From positions 92,997-156,996 of the forward strand of contig JAACJG010000011.1 of NCBI GenBank assembly GCA_009917695.1: 64,000 nucleotides of DNA, given 5' to 3'. The DNA is from Candidatus Rifleibacterium amylolyticum (lineage in GTDB: Bacteria; Muiribacteriota; Ozemobacteria; Ozemobacterales; Ozemobacteraceae). Each line of letters starts with the position of its first letter. Within the stretch, counting starts at the first letter, position 1. The translations under genes and the position numbers were made by a program. This document shows positions 19,089 to 28,507 of this stretch, piece by piece. The notes under the pieces are model-generated. The model saw nothing but the letters and a program-made list of their open reading frames with translations, ran no database searches and was not told the origin of the DNA.

Positions 19089-21095
19089 ATGAAAAGATGC
19101 TGCAATTGTTATCTCGTTCTGGCAGTGATTTTTGCCTTTTGCATTACGGCCGATGCGTCGGCGCAGATAAAGCGCGAAGAGCTCAACAAGCTGACCGGCG
19201 CTGTAAAGATGTCGCCGGAAGAATACCTGCAGATTCAGCAGGTTAAGATGGTGCGCAGCTTCACTACCCTCTCCGGCAAACCGGCGATGAAACTGCCGAA
19301 GGCGGTCGACCTGAGCGGCGAGTTTCCGCCGATACGGCGGCAGACTGACCAGAGCTGCATGGGCTGGGCCAACGCCTACGCCATAAAAAGCTATCACGAA
19401 CGCCTCGAACATGGCTGGGAATACGGCCCCAACCATCTCTTCAGTCCTTCCTTTCTGTATAATCTGCTATACGAGAGAAAACCCGACGGTGGATACGTCA
19501 GAGACACCGAAGCGATGAAGTTTATGGTGGCCGAAGGCGCTGTGCCGCTCTCTCTTTTTCCTTATATTCCAGAAGATTTCACCCTGCCTTCAGCCGAATT
19601 GAGAAAATTCGCGATGGCTTTCCGAGCCCTGACCTATCGCCGCCTGCCGACCGACGATCTCTATATTCTCAAGGCCATGTTAGCTTCAGGCGAACCGGTG
19701 GCTATAACAACTTTGGTACATCAGGATCTTCTCGATCTGAACAGAAAAAACCCGATTCTGCGTAAAATCAGAACCCCCGAAATTCTCAGCATTCACGACA
19801 TGGTCGCGGTTGGCTTCGATGACTCGAAAAACGCAATCAAGGTGTATAACTCATGGGGAACCGGCTGGGCCGACAATGGCTGCGGCTGGCTCGATTACAG
19901 CCTGTGGAACAATGATTTTGTCTCGCGAGCGATAGTTACCTACGACCGTCCTACCCCGCCCGAGGTCGTGGTGTATCTGCACGACCCGAAGACAAAACCC
20001 GCCGGGCCGCTGCCTGATTTCAAAATGATGGATGCAACTCTGCCAACTGCGGCGATTTCGCGAGAAGACCCGACGAAGATGCTGGAACAGGCTGCCGCGA
20101 TTGCGAGCTACAGCGCCGGTCAGACTGCCAGCGGGTCGCCCATTCTGTTACCGGAAAAAGTGCCGATAGTCATTGTGCCGGAAGAAGCAGGGGTGTTCAT
20201 CGCCGACAACTGGCTGCGCCTCGGCGATGAACTGTCGCAGAGCGGCAGATTCATGATTACAAAAGCCGATAACAGCACACAACCTTTGCTGGCAAAGGCG
20301 AACGGCATACTGGTCGAAAGCGGGTTCATGGGCCCGGCTGAAGTCGGTCGTTTCGAATTCACATCGCGCAGTCAGTTCAGAGTCGAAACCAGTCGTGGCA
20401 TCGGTATCGCATCGCCGCGCTCAAAAGTTAGACGCATTTATCGAGAACCAGACGAGATTTCAAGCGATAAGAGCCGGGAGACTTACTTTTTCAAAACGGT
20501 GACCCGTGACTGGGGCGGAGTTAAGTTCGACAGCCACGCCGCGCTCGAGTTTTTTTACGACGAAAAAGGCATGGTCAACCGCATATCACTGTTTACCGCC
20601 TACGCTCAGGCCTACACCGGCAAGGCCCTCAAACCTATCGACGATAAAGAGTATAAACAGGAAAAACGCGGCCAGGTCGTCACCTCAAAAGAAGGACACA
20701 TGAGCTTCGCCAAGCCCGAGCACTTCGCCAAAGTCGATAAGGTTGTCTGGCCCAACATCGGCGTCGGTTACTTCATCAAAGAACACCCGCTGAACCCGGT
20801 CTGGATGGTAACCGTAAAGGTGTTCGAAGTAGCCGGCGCCAGTCGCGAAACACTTCTGGCAGAGCGTATTCCGGCTGACAAGAAGGTCTATGCGATGCTC
20901 AATCTCAAGGAACCGGTACCGGTCACCATTGGTGGCCGAGAATGGCTGCTGGTCGAGGATGCCGCCGGAGTCTTCGTTAACTATTATACCGTCGAGAACG
21001 GCCGCTATTACCAGGTCAATGTCGCCACCGACGCTCGCGTAACCGGTGAAAAGTGGCTGACTGACTTTCTAAGCTCGTTCGAGATAAGTAAATAA
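19089..21095 (+). CDS. secreted papain-family (C1) cysteine peptidase with large C-terminal extension
   Basis: GGGAGG lies 5 nt upstream of the ATG, and a signal peptide follows. QTDQSCMGWANAYA is the active-site Cys block, and HDMVAVGF..NSWGTGWADNGCGW carries the His/Asn-Trp block. Confidence 0.65.
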   Translation: MKRCCNCYLVLAVIFAFCITADASAQIKREELNKLTGAVKMSPEEYLQIQQVKMVRSFTTLSGKPAMKLPKAVDLSGEFPPIRRQTDQSCMGWANAYAIKSYHERLEHGWEYGPNHLFSPSFLYNLLYERKPDGGYVRDTEAMKFMVAEGAVPLSLFPYIPEDFTLPSAELRKFAMAFRALTYRRLPTDDLYILKAMLASGEPVAITTLVHQDLLDLNRKNPILRKIRTPEILSIHDMVAVGFDDSKNAIKVYNSWGTGWADNGCGWLDYSLWNNDFVSRAIVTYDRPTPPEVVVYLHDPKTKPAGPLPDFKMMDATLPTAAISREDPTKMLEQAAAIASYSAGQTASGSPILLPEKVPIVIVPEEAGVFIADNWLRLGDELSQSGRFMITKADNSTQPLLAKANGILVESGFMGPAEVGRFEFTSRSQFRVETSRGIGIASPRSKVRRIYREPDEISSDKSRETYFFKTVTRDWGGVKFDSHAALEFFYDEKGMVNRISLFTAYAQAYTGKALKPIDDKEYKQEKRGQVVTSKEGHMSFAKPEHFAKVDKVVWPNIGVGYFIKEHPLNPVWMVTVKVFEVAGASRETLLAERIPADKKVYAMLNLKEPVPVTIGGREWLLVEDAAGVFVNYYTVENGRYYQVNVATDARVTGEKWLTDFLSSFEISK

Positions 21096-21294
21096 AATCA
21101 AGGGTAATCTTATCGACAATGTACGATTGCGAATATGGAACTATAGAGATCTCACTGCGTTCGTCACAAACTTGCGAAGAAAGCATTCCCGATCTTACCG
21201 CCGCGAATTTCTGAATGAGCTGGTTGGTATTTGAGGTTGCTGGTTGGGCAAAAAATCATTAAAATACTGAGTAATTATTTTAGGAGGCTTGGGC

Positions 21295-21912
21295 ATGTAT
21301 AAATGTTTTAAAACGCTCGCTCTGGTTTTGTTCTTTGCAAGTCTGGTATCGGTTGCACAGGCGGCCACTTACGGTTATATGGTCGTGCGCGGCAAGGATC
21401 AGGCCATGATCGAACGCGAAATCACGACGATCGAACGCCTGATCAAGACCTGGCCGAACGGCGAAGTGCTTTATGTGCATACAGTTAAAGCCGGCGCCAT
21501 GTTTTTCAAGCGCATCACCTCGACCATATTCTTTGCCGGCAACCGCACCGAAATTTCGAAATTTCTCACCCAGGGGCCTTACGAAGGTGATTATCTGCGC
21601 GACATCATCGTCAGCTTCAACTACAGCAGCCTGCGCGACAAAAACGGTTACGATGGCGAAGTAAATACCACCTTTACCCGCAAGTATACCAATATCCGCA
21701 AGGCAGTCGAAACGGTTCAGGGCAAAAACGCCGAAATCCTCTGGAATGAACTGAAAGACAGCAAGCCTTCTGCTTACAAAAAGCATCTGGTCAGCGAAGA
21801 ACTGATCGCCCCACGAGTCAGTATAGTTTTCTACAGCATGCAGGCCAGCGAAGACAACCGCCTGCTCGGCATCAGCTACAGCGAAGACAAAATCAGCACC
21901 AGCCGCAAATAA
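21295..21912 (+). CDS. secreted hypothetical protein
   Basis: AGGAGG lies 7 nt upstream of the ATG, and a signal peptide ends ..VAQA. Confidence 0.45.
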   Translation: MYKCFKTLALVLFFASLVSVAQAATYGYMVVRGKDQAMIEREITTIERLIKTWPNGEVLYVHTVKAGAMFFKRITSTIFFAGNRTEISKFLTQGPYEGDYLRDIIVSFNYSSLRDKNGYDGEVNTTFTRKYTNIRKAVETVQGKNAEILWNELKDSKPSAYKKHLVSEELIAPRVSIVFYSMQASEDNRLLGISYSEDKISTSRK

Positions 21913-21924
21913 AACTCAGATATA

Positions 21925-21966
21925 AAAAAGCGCTTTGGCAATCTTACAGCCAAAGCGCTTTTTTAT
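21925..21966. terminator. bidirectional rho-independent terminator
   Basis: The stem aaaagcgctttggc...gccaaagcgctttttt is flanked by an A-run on one side and a T-run on the other, between convergent genes. Confidence 0.65.
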
Positions 21967-21967
21967 G

Positions 21968-22501
21968 TCAATTTGCCGGTTTGCGGTTGTAGAAGCCGAG
22001 AATGATGCCGAGGGCAACTGACCAGAGCGCGGCAAGGCCGATCTGGTAGGGTTTGGGCAGGGCAAAGGTTACGCTGTGTGCTGGAATCCAGAACCAGAGC
22101 AACGACATGAATCCCTTGTCGATGTTGGCCCAGTTGCTTTTGCGCGCGATCAGATTGTCGAGCAGGCGGTGCATAAGCACCAGAAAAGGCCCGAACTGCA
22201 GGTTGGTTGCCACCGAGATGGCGATTGCGCGTGACCATGGGCCGAGCTCCGGCAACATCTGATGCTGTACCAGAGTTTCGACAAAGCCGGCAAAGCCGAT
22301 AAAGGCATATTTGATCATAACCGCAAGCAGGGCCCATTCAAGCATTTTGCAGATCAATATGACGAAACCGAATGGCTTGCTGACACGACCTTCGATGATC
22401 CATTTGGCAATAACATCGCCAAACGTGCCGAGAACGGCGAACTGCAGCATGGCCGACACTATCGGCCAGGTTGTGACAAATTCAATATAACTGTCGATCA
22501 T
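21968..22501 (-). CDS. polytopic membrane protein
   Basis: A 177-aa protein with 4-5 predicted transmembrane helices. Confidence 0.45.
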   Translation of the reverse strand: MIDSYIEFVTTWPIVSAMLQFAVLGTFGDVIAKWIIEGRVSKPFGFVILICKMLEWALLAVMIKYAFIGFAGFVETLVQHQMLPELGPWSRAIAISVATNLQFGPFLVLMHRLLDNLIARKSNWANIDKGFMSLLWFWIPAHSVTFALPKPYQIGLAALWSVALGIILGFYNRKPAN

Positions 22502-23478
22502 CTGTTTTCCTCTTCAACATATTCCAGAATCAGAACTACCAGTTCGCCTATCTTTTCGCTCGATACATGATAGCGAGTCTTTTTGTCTCTGCTGGTACAA
22601 TTCAGGTCAGGATAGGCTGACATACGTACTCTTGGCATACCGGTTTTATGAGTATGCTTGATAGCATCGAACATCACGCAGTTGAGACAATTGGTAGTGT
22701 TACCACAGCCCTCTTCCTTGCGGGCATGTATACAACCAAAAATATCTCCGCATCTGAGTCCTCTAACCTGGTCAGCGCCAATACCGGCAAGGGCCAGGGC
22801 CTTTTTTCCGGCGGCGAGTACATTGAATTCCTTGTCTACTACTATTACCGGGGCGGCAAAGCTGTCGAGAAATTCCTGCATCGGTGTTGCCATTTCTGTG
22901 AAGATTTTTTTGCTGCAATCCTGACATATCCCGTGACTGATCGGCCGAGGGCGAGTGTCGGCAGAGTCAACTTTTAAAATCTTGCTGCACCAGGCGCAGA
23001 CGACACGCGTCTGCGATTTTTTGTCTTCTGCCAGTAATATTGGCATGCCTGGCTTGATTTCGCCACCTTCGAGAATCTCGGCACGCAGGCCGCCGCGGTC
23101 GAGCAGCCCGTGGAGCACGTCTGCATTCAACACCTTCTGCAGATAGTCACATGGCTGACACAGTTCCCAGGCGTATAACAGCACGTCACCTACATAAAAC
23201 TTCCTGCCCAGCAGTTCGTTGAGTTCGATTCCGCGGGTAATAAGATTTCGTCTGAAAGCTGAAGGCGCAAAATCGCTGTTGAGTTGTCGGTTGCAGGCCT
23301 CTATTGCCTCGATCGACTGAAGAGTAATCGCGTTTCTGTTGTCGCCATCGATGTTTTCCCGATAATAGCGATCGCCGACCAGCCCACAACCAGCGTGCGC
23401 CACGACAACAGACTTTTCAACCGTTTCTTCGCCGTTAGCAGGAGATGTGTATATTTTTATAACTTCAGCCATTTTCAT
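22498..23478 (-). CDS. MOSC-domain protein fused to a C-terminal zinc-ribbon/Cys-rich PAS-like domain
   Basis: The N-terminal ~150 aa carry MOSC features (..GDRYY..LCQPCDYL..). The C-terminus has CAWC..CQDC followed by a block with RCGDIFGC..CGNTTNCLNC. Confidence 0.6.
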   Translation of the reverse strand: MKMAEVIKIYTSPANGEETVEKSVVVAHAGCGLVGDRYYRENIDGDNRNAITLQSIEAIEACNRQLNSDFAPSAFRRNLITRGIELNELLGRKFYVGDVLLYAWELCQPCDYLQKVLNADVLHGLLDRGGLRAEILEGGEIKPGMPILLAEDKKSQTRVVCAWCSKILKVDSADTRPRPISHGICQDCSKKIFTEMATPMQEFLDSFAAPVIVVDKEFNVLAAGKKALALAGIGADQVRGLRCGDIFGCIHARKEEGCGNTTNCLNCVMFDAIKHTHKTGMPRVRMSAYPDLNCTSRDKKTRYHVSSEKIGELVVLILEYVEEENR

Positions 23479-23485
23479 AATCCTT

Positions 23486-24085
23486 CTAATATTCGAAGCG
23501 AAGCAGGTTGTTGATGACTCTTAACTCAGCGCTGGCAATGCGTTCGAATATGCTGCGTTTGATGTAATAAGGGTTCCAGCCAAAGATGAGCGAGGTAACG
23601 GCTTCCCATATTGCGACCCAGGCTGCTACTACCATGCCTTCCTGAAGAATTTTCTTCCAGACTTCGATATCTGGTGTGTCAGGCAGCTTGTAGATCGATA
23701 CAATGGTGAACAAAACAATGCCAAGCATCATCAACATGGTGAATTTGCGTACTTCTTTGCGCAGATTGAGATTTTCGATCTGATAGCGGTAGGTAAAGTA
23801 GTTGGCTACCGCCTTTCGCAATATGTTTTCCTGGAGCATGTTGAATTCCTGGTCAATAGATACTCTGATCAGAAATTCGCGCGTCCCGAGCTCTTTGACA
23901 CTGTCGATGATGTAGTCAACGAAATCCTGATCGAGTTCGCGCTTTACAAAAGATGCTTTTTTGTCAAAGCTGTTAAAAAGGTCATTCATCGACTCTACAC
24001 TGATATCGATGATAGCTTTGCCATCCTTGGTAAATTCGTATCTGTTTTCCAGAATCCCGCTGTCCATAAACTCAAGACCTGTCAT
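23486..24085 (-). CDS. hypothetical membrane protein
   Basis: A 199-aa protein with two transmembrane helices in its C-terminal half. Confidence 0.4.
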   Translation of the reverse strand: MTGLEFMDSGILENRYEFTKDGKAIIDISVESMNDLFNSFDKKASFVKRELDQDFVDYIIDSVKELGTREFLIRVSIDQEFNMLQENILRKAVANYFTYRYQIENLNLRKEVRKFTMLMMLGIVLFTIVSIYKLPDTPDIEVWKKILQEGMVVAAWVAIWEAVTSLIFGWNPYYIKRSIFERIASAELRVINNLLRFEY

Positions 24086-24176
24086 TTAAGAGTTCTTAGT
24101 AGTGGCAACAGTTAGAGCGCCGCTGTGCCGGGTATGCTAAAGATTAGATTGTGTGCAGTCTACCACAACTTTTGCT

Positions 24177-24539
24177 TTATTGCCCGCCCAGAATACTTTT
24201 CGCGCGGTAAATCGAACCAAGGTTGTGAATGTCACTGTAATTCTTGCTCAGAAGTATCCGACGGGCCAGAGCCGAGCGGGTACCACTCAGGCAATAGATT
24301 AAAATTGACTGCTGGCGGTCAGGCACAACGCTTTCTATTTTGTCACTCAGCTGATCCAGCGGCACATTTATGGCGCCGGCAATATGTCCTCCGGCAAATT
24401 CGTCGGCGGAGCGTACATCGATAACGATAGCGCCGGCTGCCTTGAGCTCACGCGCTTTTCGCGGATTGACCTGGCCCAGCTTTTTGAGAACGAAAAAAAT
24501 GATTATTGCTGCTATTATGATTAACTGTGTGTGATCCAT
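24177..24539 (-). CDS. membrane-anchored single-domain rhodanese (sulfurtransferase)
   Basis: I chose the start MDHTQL. A transmembrane helix precedes the rhodanese domain, which has the active-site loop ..IYCLSGTRS.. Confidence 0.7.
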   Translation of the reverse strand: MDHTQLIIIAAIIIFFVLKKLGQVNPRKARELKAAGAIVIDVRSADEFAGGHIAGAINVPLDQLSDKIESVVPDRQQSILIYCLSGTRSALARRILLSKNYSDIHNLGSIYRAKSILGGQ

Positions 24540-24549
24540 GGGTTCTGTC

Positions 24550-27500
24550 TCAGGTAAACGAGCCGTATGCGTGGTCGATCTCGACTTCGCCAGATTCAAG
24601 AACTATCGAATCTTCTATATTCTGATAGACGAGGAAGATGCCCTGCCGTCCGTCCATCACAACGCCAAGCTTGTGCGGCAGCCGGGTGTGAGTGAAATAT
24701 TTCTGGCGCTTGATTACAGGCTGACTGCGCAGCCAGTTCCAGTCGATAAAGCCTTCTCCTGAATCCTGGCGCACTGAGAAATAACCGATACCCATTGTGG
24801 TAACATTGTGAAAGAAGTGTGACCCCATCGAGGCATCGACGCGAAAGCCTTCGAGCGAGTATTCAACTATAACCTTGGCAAAGGAAGTCTGTGGCCAGGT
24901 TACCGGAATACCCAGCCAGCGATCTCGCGTGCCCCAGCGACCCGGGCCGAGCAGAATATATCTGCGGCCAGATTCCTTGAGCTCAAGATTGAAGGCCTCT
25001 ACTTCGCGTGCCATTTCTTCAGTCTGTGACTTGTCGAAAAGATCGGGGTCGATCCAGACGATATCGCTGATCTCATCGATACGCCCGTTGCCCATGCCCG
25101 AATCAGCATAGAGCATGAGCTTGCTTCGGTCGATACTGGCTTTGTCGATGTTGTAGTCTTCGCTTTCACGCAGCATGTGCTTGAGCTGCAATAGATAAAA
25201 CACCGGCTTGTCCAGATTATCAGCATCAACATCTACGGCAAATTCAATTTCTACCGGAGTTTCAAGGGCTTCTTCGGAGACGTTGAGTATGTGTTTGATC
25301 GTTCTGGCGAGTGGCATGGATTCATACTGAAGGATATTGGCAAAGTTGATGACACGCGGACCGCGGGTGTCGGTGCCGACTTCCAGCCTCTGGTCGAGAT
25401 GATTCCAGGTTGAAGCGACCTCCTGTAATGTTCCATCGGCATCTGCAACCGAAATATCGTGTTTGACCAGGGTGGCATCTTCGCCATTGAACAGATCGAC
25501 CGTGTTCTTTTCGAGATCGAGCACGGTAAAACGGCGCTGTGAGTTTTTGACCAGTTCCTCGGGTGTCAGAATCTCAAGTTGCGGATATGTCGGGCAGAAT
25601 CTGAACGAGCGCTCGCCACCGACAACATTGCGACCCAGGCCGAGAACCAGCATGCCAACTCCATCTTCGGGCTGAATGTATGAGAACGGGTAATAGTTGT
25701 ATGACTGCCCAACCCCTGAAATCAGCGGATAAAAGTTGTGGCCATGTTTGCGACCAACTATCTGCTGAATGACCACTGCCATCTTTTCTTCTTCAATGTT
25801 GTAATTAATGGCATCGAAGTATTCGCGCGCTTCCTTTGAATAAACCGATGCGTAAACAAGCTTGATCGCTTCCTCAAGCTGGCGCAGACGCACTTCTGAG
25901 TCCGGGTGATTGTTTGGCACGAAAAAGGTCTCATACAAACCCGACATCGAATGCGACACCGAGTCTTCAAGCACCCCGGAAGAGCGCACTGCCAGCGGGT
26001 ATGTCACCTTCTGCAACACGATTCGCAGCCGGTTGAGTATTTTCTCTGACAGGCGACTTTCGACGAAGCGGCGCTTTATCGTTGCGTAATCACGCTCAGA
26101 CGAAACAAAATCAGCCAGATCATTGGTGGTAATGAAATTGGTGAATTCATCTACTCCGATGATGAAGGTCTCAGGAATACGGATGACAATGTCAGATACC
26201 GATTCGAGCATGGATGAATTGTAAAGCAGATAGTTCATGAAGGCGATGCCGCGACCCTTACCGCCGATGGCGCCTTCGGCCAGTTTGCAGATATGATGAC
26301 GGTTGTCGCCAATGAATGACTTGTCGAACGAAATGACCTTGCCGCGGGTCTTCATTCTGAAAACCCAGTTGCCCATGTTGATGAGAAAATCGCGCAGCGA
26401 CTCAACTTCATCGAATTCGGCTACGTGAATACGTGAGACAACCTTGGCGATCTGAACTTCTCCGCGCGCCAGCAACCAGGTTGAAAAATTGTTGCGGCTG
26501 GCATGATACTCGATCGACTCGGCCGGCACTATGCGCAGACAGTTGCGAAAATCACTCATGGTGCGAGCCCGGGTGATTTCCTGACCATGTGCGTTTCTGA
26601 AGACGAAGTCGCCAAAACCGAGATTGCGATAGAAAAACTTTGAGAGGCGCTTGGAAAGAAACTGCGATTCTTTGTGCACGAACGCGGCCCCGAGACGGTT
26701 CGCAGCTGATTCGATCTCAGGCTCTGACGACTGAAGCAGAACCGGAAGATCGGGAGAAAGTTCCTTGAGTTTTTTAGCCAGTTTCAGACCCGCTTTGTCG
26801 TCGAGAACACCGTCTTTCTTGTATTTAACGTCAGAAATGACACACAACAGGTAATCCTCGAAGTGTTCATATTGCTGCATTGCTTCTTCATAACTGGTTG
26901 CCAGAATGATCTTGGGCCGACAGCGCATGCGCAGAACTTTTTTTGTTTCTTCCTGAAGCTCTTCTTCGACCAGCTTCGTTGTTTGCCTGATCAGTTCTGA
27001 ATATAGATGCGGCAGATAGCGCGAATAATATCGTATCGAGTCTTCGACAAGCAGAATAATGCGAACCTGTGCAATTGCCGTATCTTTGTCGGCATTACGG
27101 CGGTCTTCAATGTATTTGATCATTGCCAGAAAGATCTCAGAGTTGCCGTTCCAGACGAAGACATTGTCGTAATGGAGCCAGAGATCGCTGCGCGTGTCGA
27201 GAGCTTCCAGATCAGTGTTGTCATTGAGAAGCAGCAGAACAGGAAGATCGGGCCAGCGCTCTCTGATTCTTTGACCGCAGTTGATTGTGTCGGCTCGACT
27301 CAGGCGGCTGAGAACAACAACGAGATCGAATTTACGCTTTTCGAGCATTTCGATCGCTTCATCGCCTGATGTGACGCTGCTGATACGCGGGGCGCTGGTA
27401 AGATTCAGACTGAAATATTCACCAAAGATTTTCTCCGCCAGCAGGCCGTCCTGCTCCAGGGAAAAGGCGTCGAAAATGGTTGCGACCAGCAACAGTTCGC

Positions 27501-27585
27501 GGACCTTGAAGCGCATCAGGTCATGAAAAATTTCACTGTCAGATTTGAATTTTTTAAAGACCTGCATGAGTTCGTCGTTGTGCAT
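24550..27585 (-). CDS. multidomain protein: two N-terminal receiver-like (REC) domains plus a PEP/pyruvate-binding domain of the PEP-synthase/PPDK family, with a long C-terminal extension
   Basis: ..IILLVEDS.. and ..LCVISDVK.. mark a REC phospho-acceptor. ..YPLAVRSSGVLEDSVSHSMSGLYETFFV.. matches the PPDK/PpsA nucleotide-binding domain. The protein is 1011 aa. Confidence 0.7.
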   Translation of the reverse strand: MHNDELMQVFKKFKSDSEIFHDLMRFKVRELLLVATIFDAFSLEQDGLLAEKIFGEYFSLNLTSAPRISSVTSGDEAIEMLEKRKFDLVVVLSRLSRADTINCGQRIRERWPDLPVLLLLNDNTDLEALDTRSDLWLHYDNVFVWNGNSEIFLAMIKYIEDRRNADKDTAIAQVRIILLVEDSIRYYSRYLPHLYSELIRQTTKLVEEELQEETKKVLRMRCRPKIILATSYEEAMQQYEHFEDYLLCVISDVKYKKDGVLDDKAGLKLAKKLKELSPDLPVLLQSSEPEIESAANRLGAAFVHKESQFLSKRLSKFFYRNLGFGDFVFRNAHGQEITRARTMSDFRNCLRIVPAESIEYHASRNNFSTWLLARGEVQIAKVVSRIHVAEFDEVESLRDFLINMGNWVFRMKTRGKVISFDKSFIGDNRHHICKLAEGAIGGKGRGIAFMNYLLYNSSMLESVSDIVIRIPETFIIGVDEFTNFITTNDLADFVSSERDYATIKRRFVESRLSEKILNRLRIVLQKVTYPLAVRSSGVLEDSVSHSMSGLYETFFVPNNHPDSEVRLRQLEEAIKLVYASVYSKEAREYFDAINYNIEEEKMAVVIQQIVGRKHGHNFYPLISGVGQSYNYYPFSYIQPEDGVGMLVLGLGRNVVGGERSFRFCPTYPQLEILTPEELVKNSQRRFTVLDLEKNTVDLFNGEDATLVKHDISVADADGTLQEVASTWNHLDQRLEVGTDTRGPRVINFANILQYESMPLARTIKHILNVSEEALETPVEIEFAVDVDADNLDKPVFYLLQLKHMLRESEDYNIDKASIDRSKLMLYADSGMGNGRIDEISDIVWIDPDLFDKSQTEEMAREVEAFNLELKESGRRYILLGPGRWGTRDRWLGIPVTWPQTSFAKVIVEYSLEGFRVDASMGSHFFHNVTTMGIGYFSVRQDSGEGFIDWNWLRSQPVIKRQKYFTHTRLPHKLGVVMDGRQGIFLVYQNIEDSIVLESGEVEIDHAYGSFT

Positions 27586-27666
27586 CTGTGTCTCCGGTGG
27601 TGGCGTGTTTGCTGCAAGATTATAGCAGACTCTTTGCCAGTCTGGTTAATTTTTTCAAAACTAAAG

Positions 27667-27694
27667 TTGCGGCTTTCGTTTAATATGTTATAAT
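27667..27694 (+). promoter_or_regulatory. putative sigma70-like promoter (TTGCGG-N16-TATAAT)
   Basis: The hexamers lie at 27667-27672 and 27689-27694, ~30 nt upstream of the ATG at 27724, with a GGAGG RBS. Confidence 0.35.
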
Positions 27695-27723
27695 TTTTTC
27701 ATTATATCTTCCTGGAGGAACCA

Positions 27724-28392
27724 ATGAAGCTAATCAACAGACTGTTTGCAATTATGGTCGTATTGGCAGTGCTGTTCTCAGCCGGTAGTATTTATGCCGC
27801 CGTCGAAAGCACAGAAACCGTAAAAAATCTTTCGAAAGCATACGAATCCTGGAAAAACCAGGGCATCAAATTTGTCGTTCGCGACAGCAAAGGCAAATTT
27901 GTCCATTGGGCTTTTGGCCGCCTCGAATCGTGGGGTGCCAAATCAAAATGGGTTGTCAGAGATCCGAAGGGCCACTTCCTCACCCATGCCAATGGCACAG
28001 TTGAAAACTGGAAAAACGGCCAGACCCGTCTTGTTCTGCGCGACAACAAGGGTCGCCTGCTTACTCATGTTAACATCAACCTGACCGAAAGCACGAGCTT
28101 TGCCGCAACTGTTGTCGGCTTGAGACATCTCAAGAATGACAAATTTCTTGCCTTCGTGCAGGATAGTCTCAGCGATATCATCATCGGCGAACTCAAACAG
28201 GATCACACTGCTAAAGCAAGCGTTCTGATCAAGTATCTCAACAAATACAAGAACGACAAGGGAACCGAAAACTTCAAGCCAGTTCTGCGCAAGATCATTC
28301 CGGTTCTGGTTTTCATGTCTAACGACAAGCCGAACGACATCAAGACCAAAACCATGGTAGAAGACGCCAGAAAGCTTCTCACCGAACTCTAA
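27724..28392 (+). CDS. secreted protein with three internal ~35-aa repeats
   Basis: A signal peptide is followed by the repeats KFVVRDSKGKFVHWA, KWVVRDPKGHFLTHANG, and RLVLRDNKGRLLTHVN. Confidence 0.5.
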   Translation: MKLINRLFAIMVVLAVLFSAGSIYAAVESTETVKNLSKAYESWKNQGIKFVVRDSKGKFVHWAFGRLESWGAKSKWVVRDPKGHFLTHANGTVENWKNGQTRLVLRDNKGRLLTHVNINLTESTSFAATVVGLRHLKNDKFLAFVQDSLSDIIIGELKQDHTAKASVLIKYLNKYKNDKGTENFKPVLRKIIPVLVFMSNDKPNDIKTKTMVEDARKLLTEL

Positions 28393-28405
28393 ACTCCGCA
28401 GCTGT

Positions 28406-28439
28406 AAAAAAGCCTCCTTCGGGAGGCTTTTTTTTTATT
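28406..28439 (+). terminator. rho-independent terminator
   Basis: aaaaaagcctcc-ttcg-ggaggc is followed by T9. Confidence 0.7.
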
Positions 28440-28507
28440 TATGCTAACAAATTAGTCTAAAACAAACGAAGTATGTTCAGAAATAAAGCTGTGGCAAATG
28501 GTGAAGA

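Noticed and set aside
24540-24599. Longer start (MNLAKS..) for the rhodanese gene
   Set aside because: It would overlap the upstream 1011-aa gene by 50 nt and precedes the TM helix by a polar tail with no RBS, so I chose MDHTQL at 24539.
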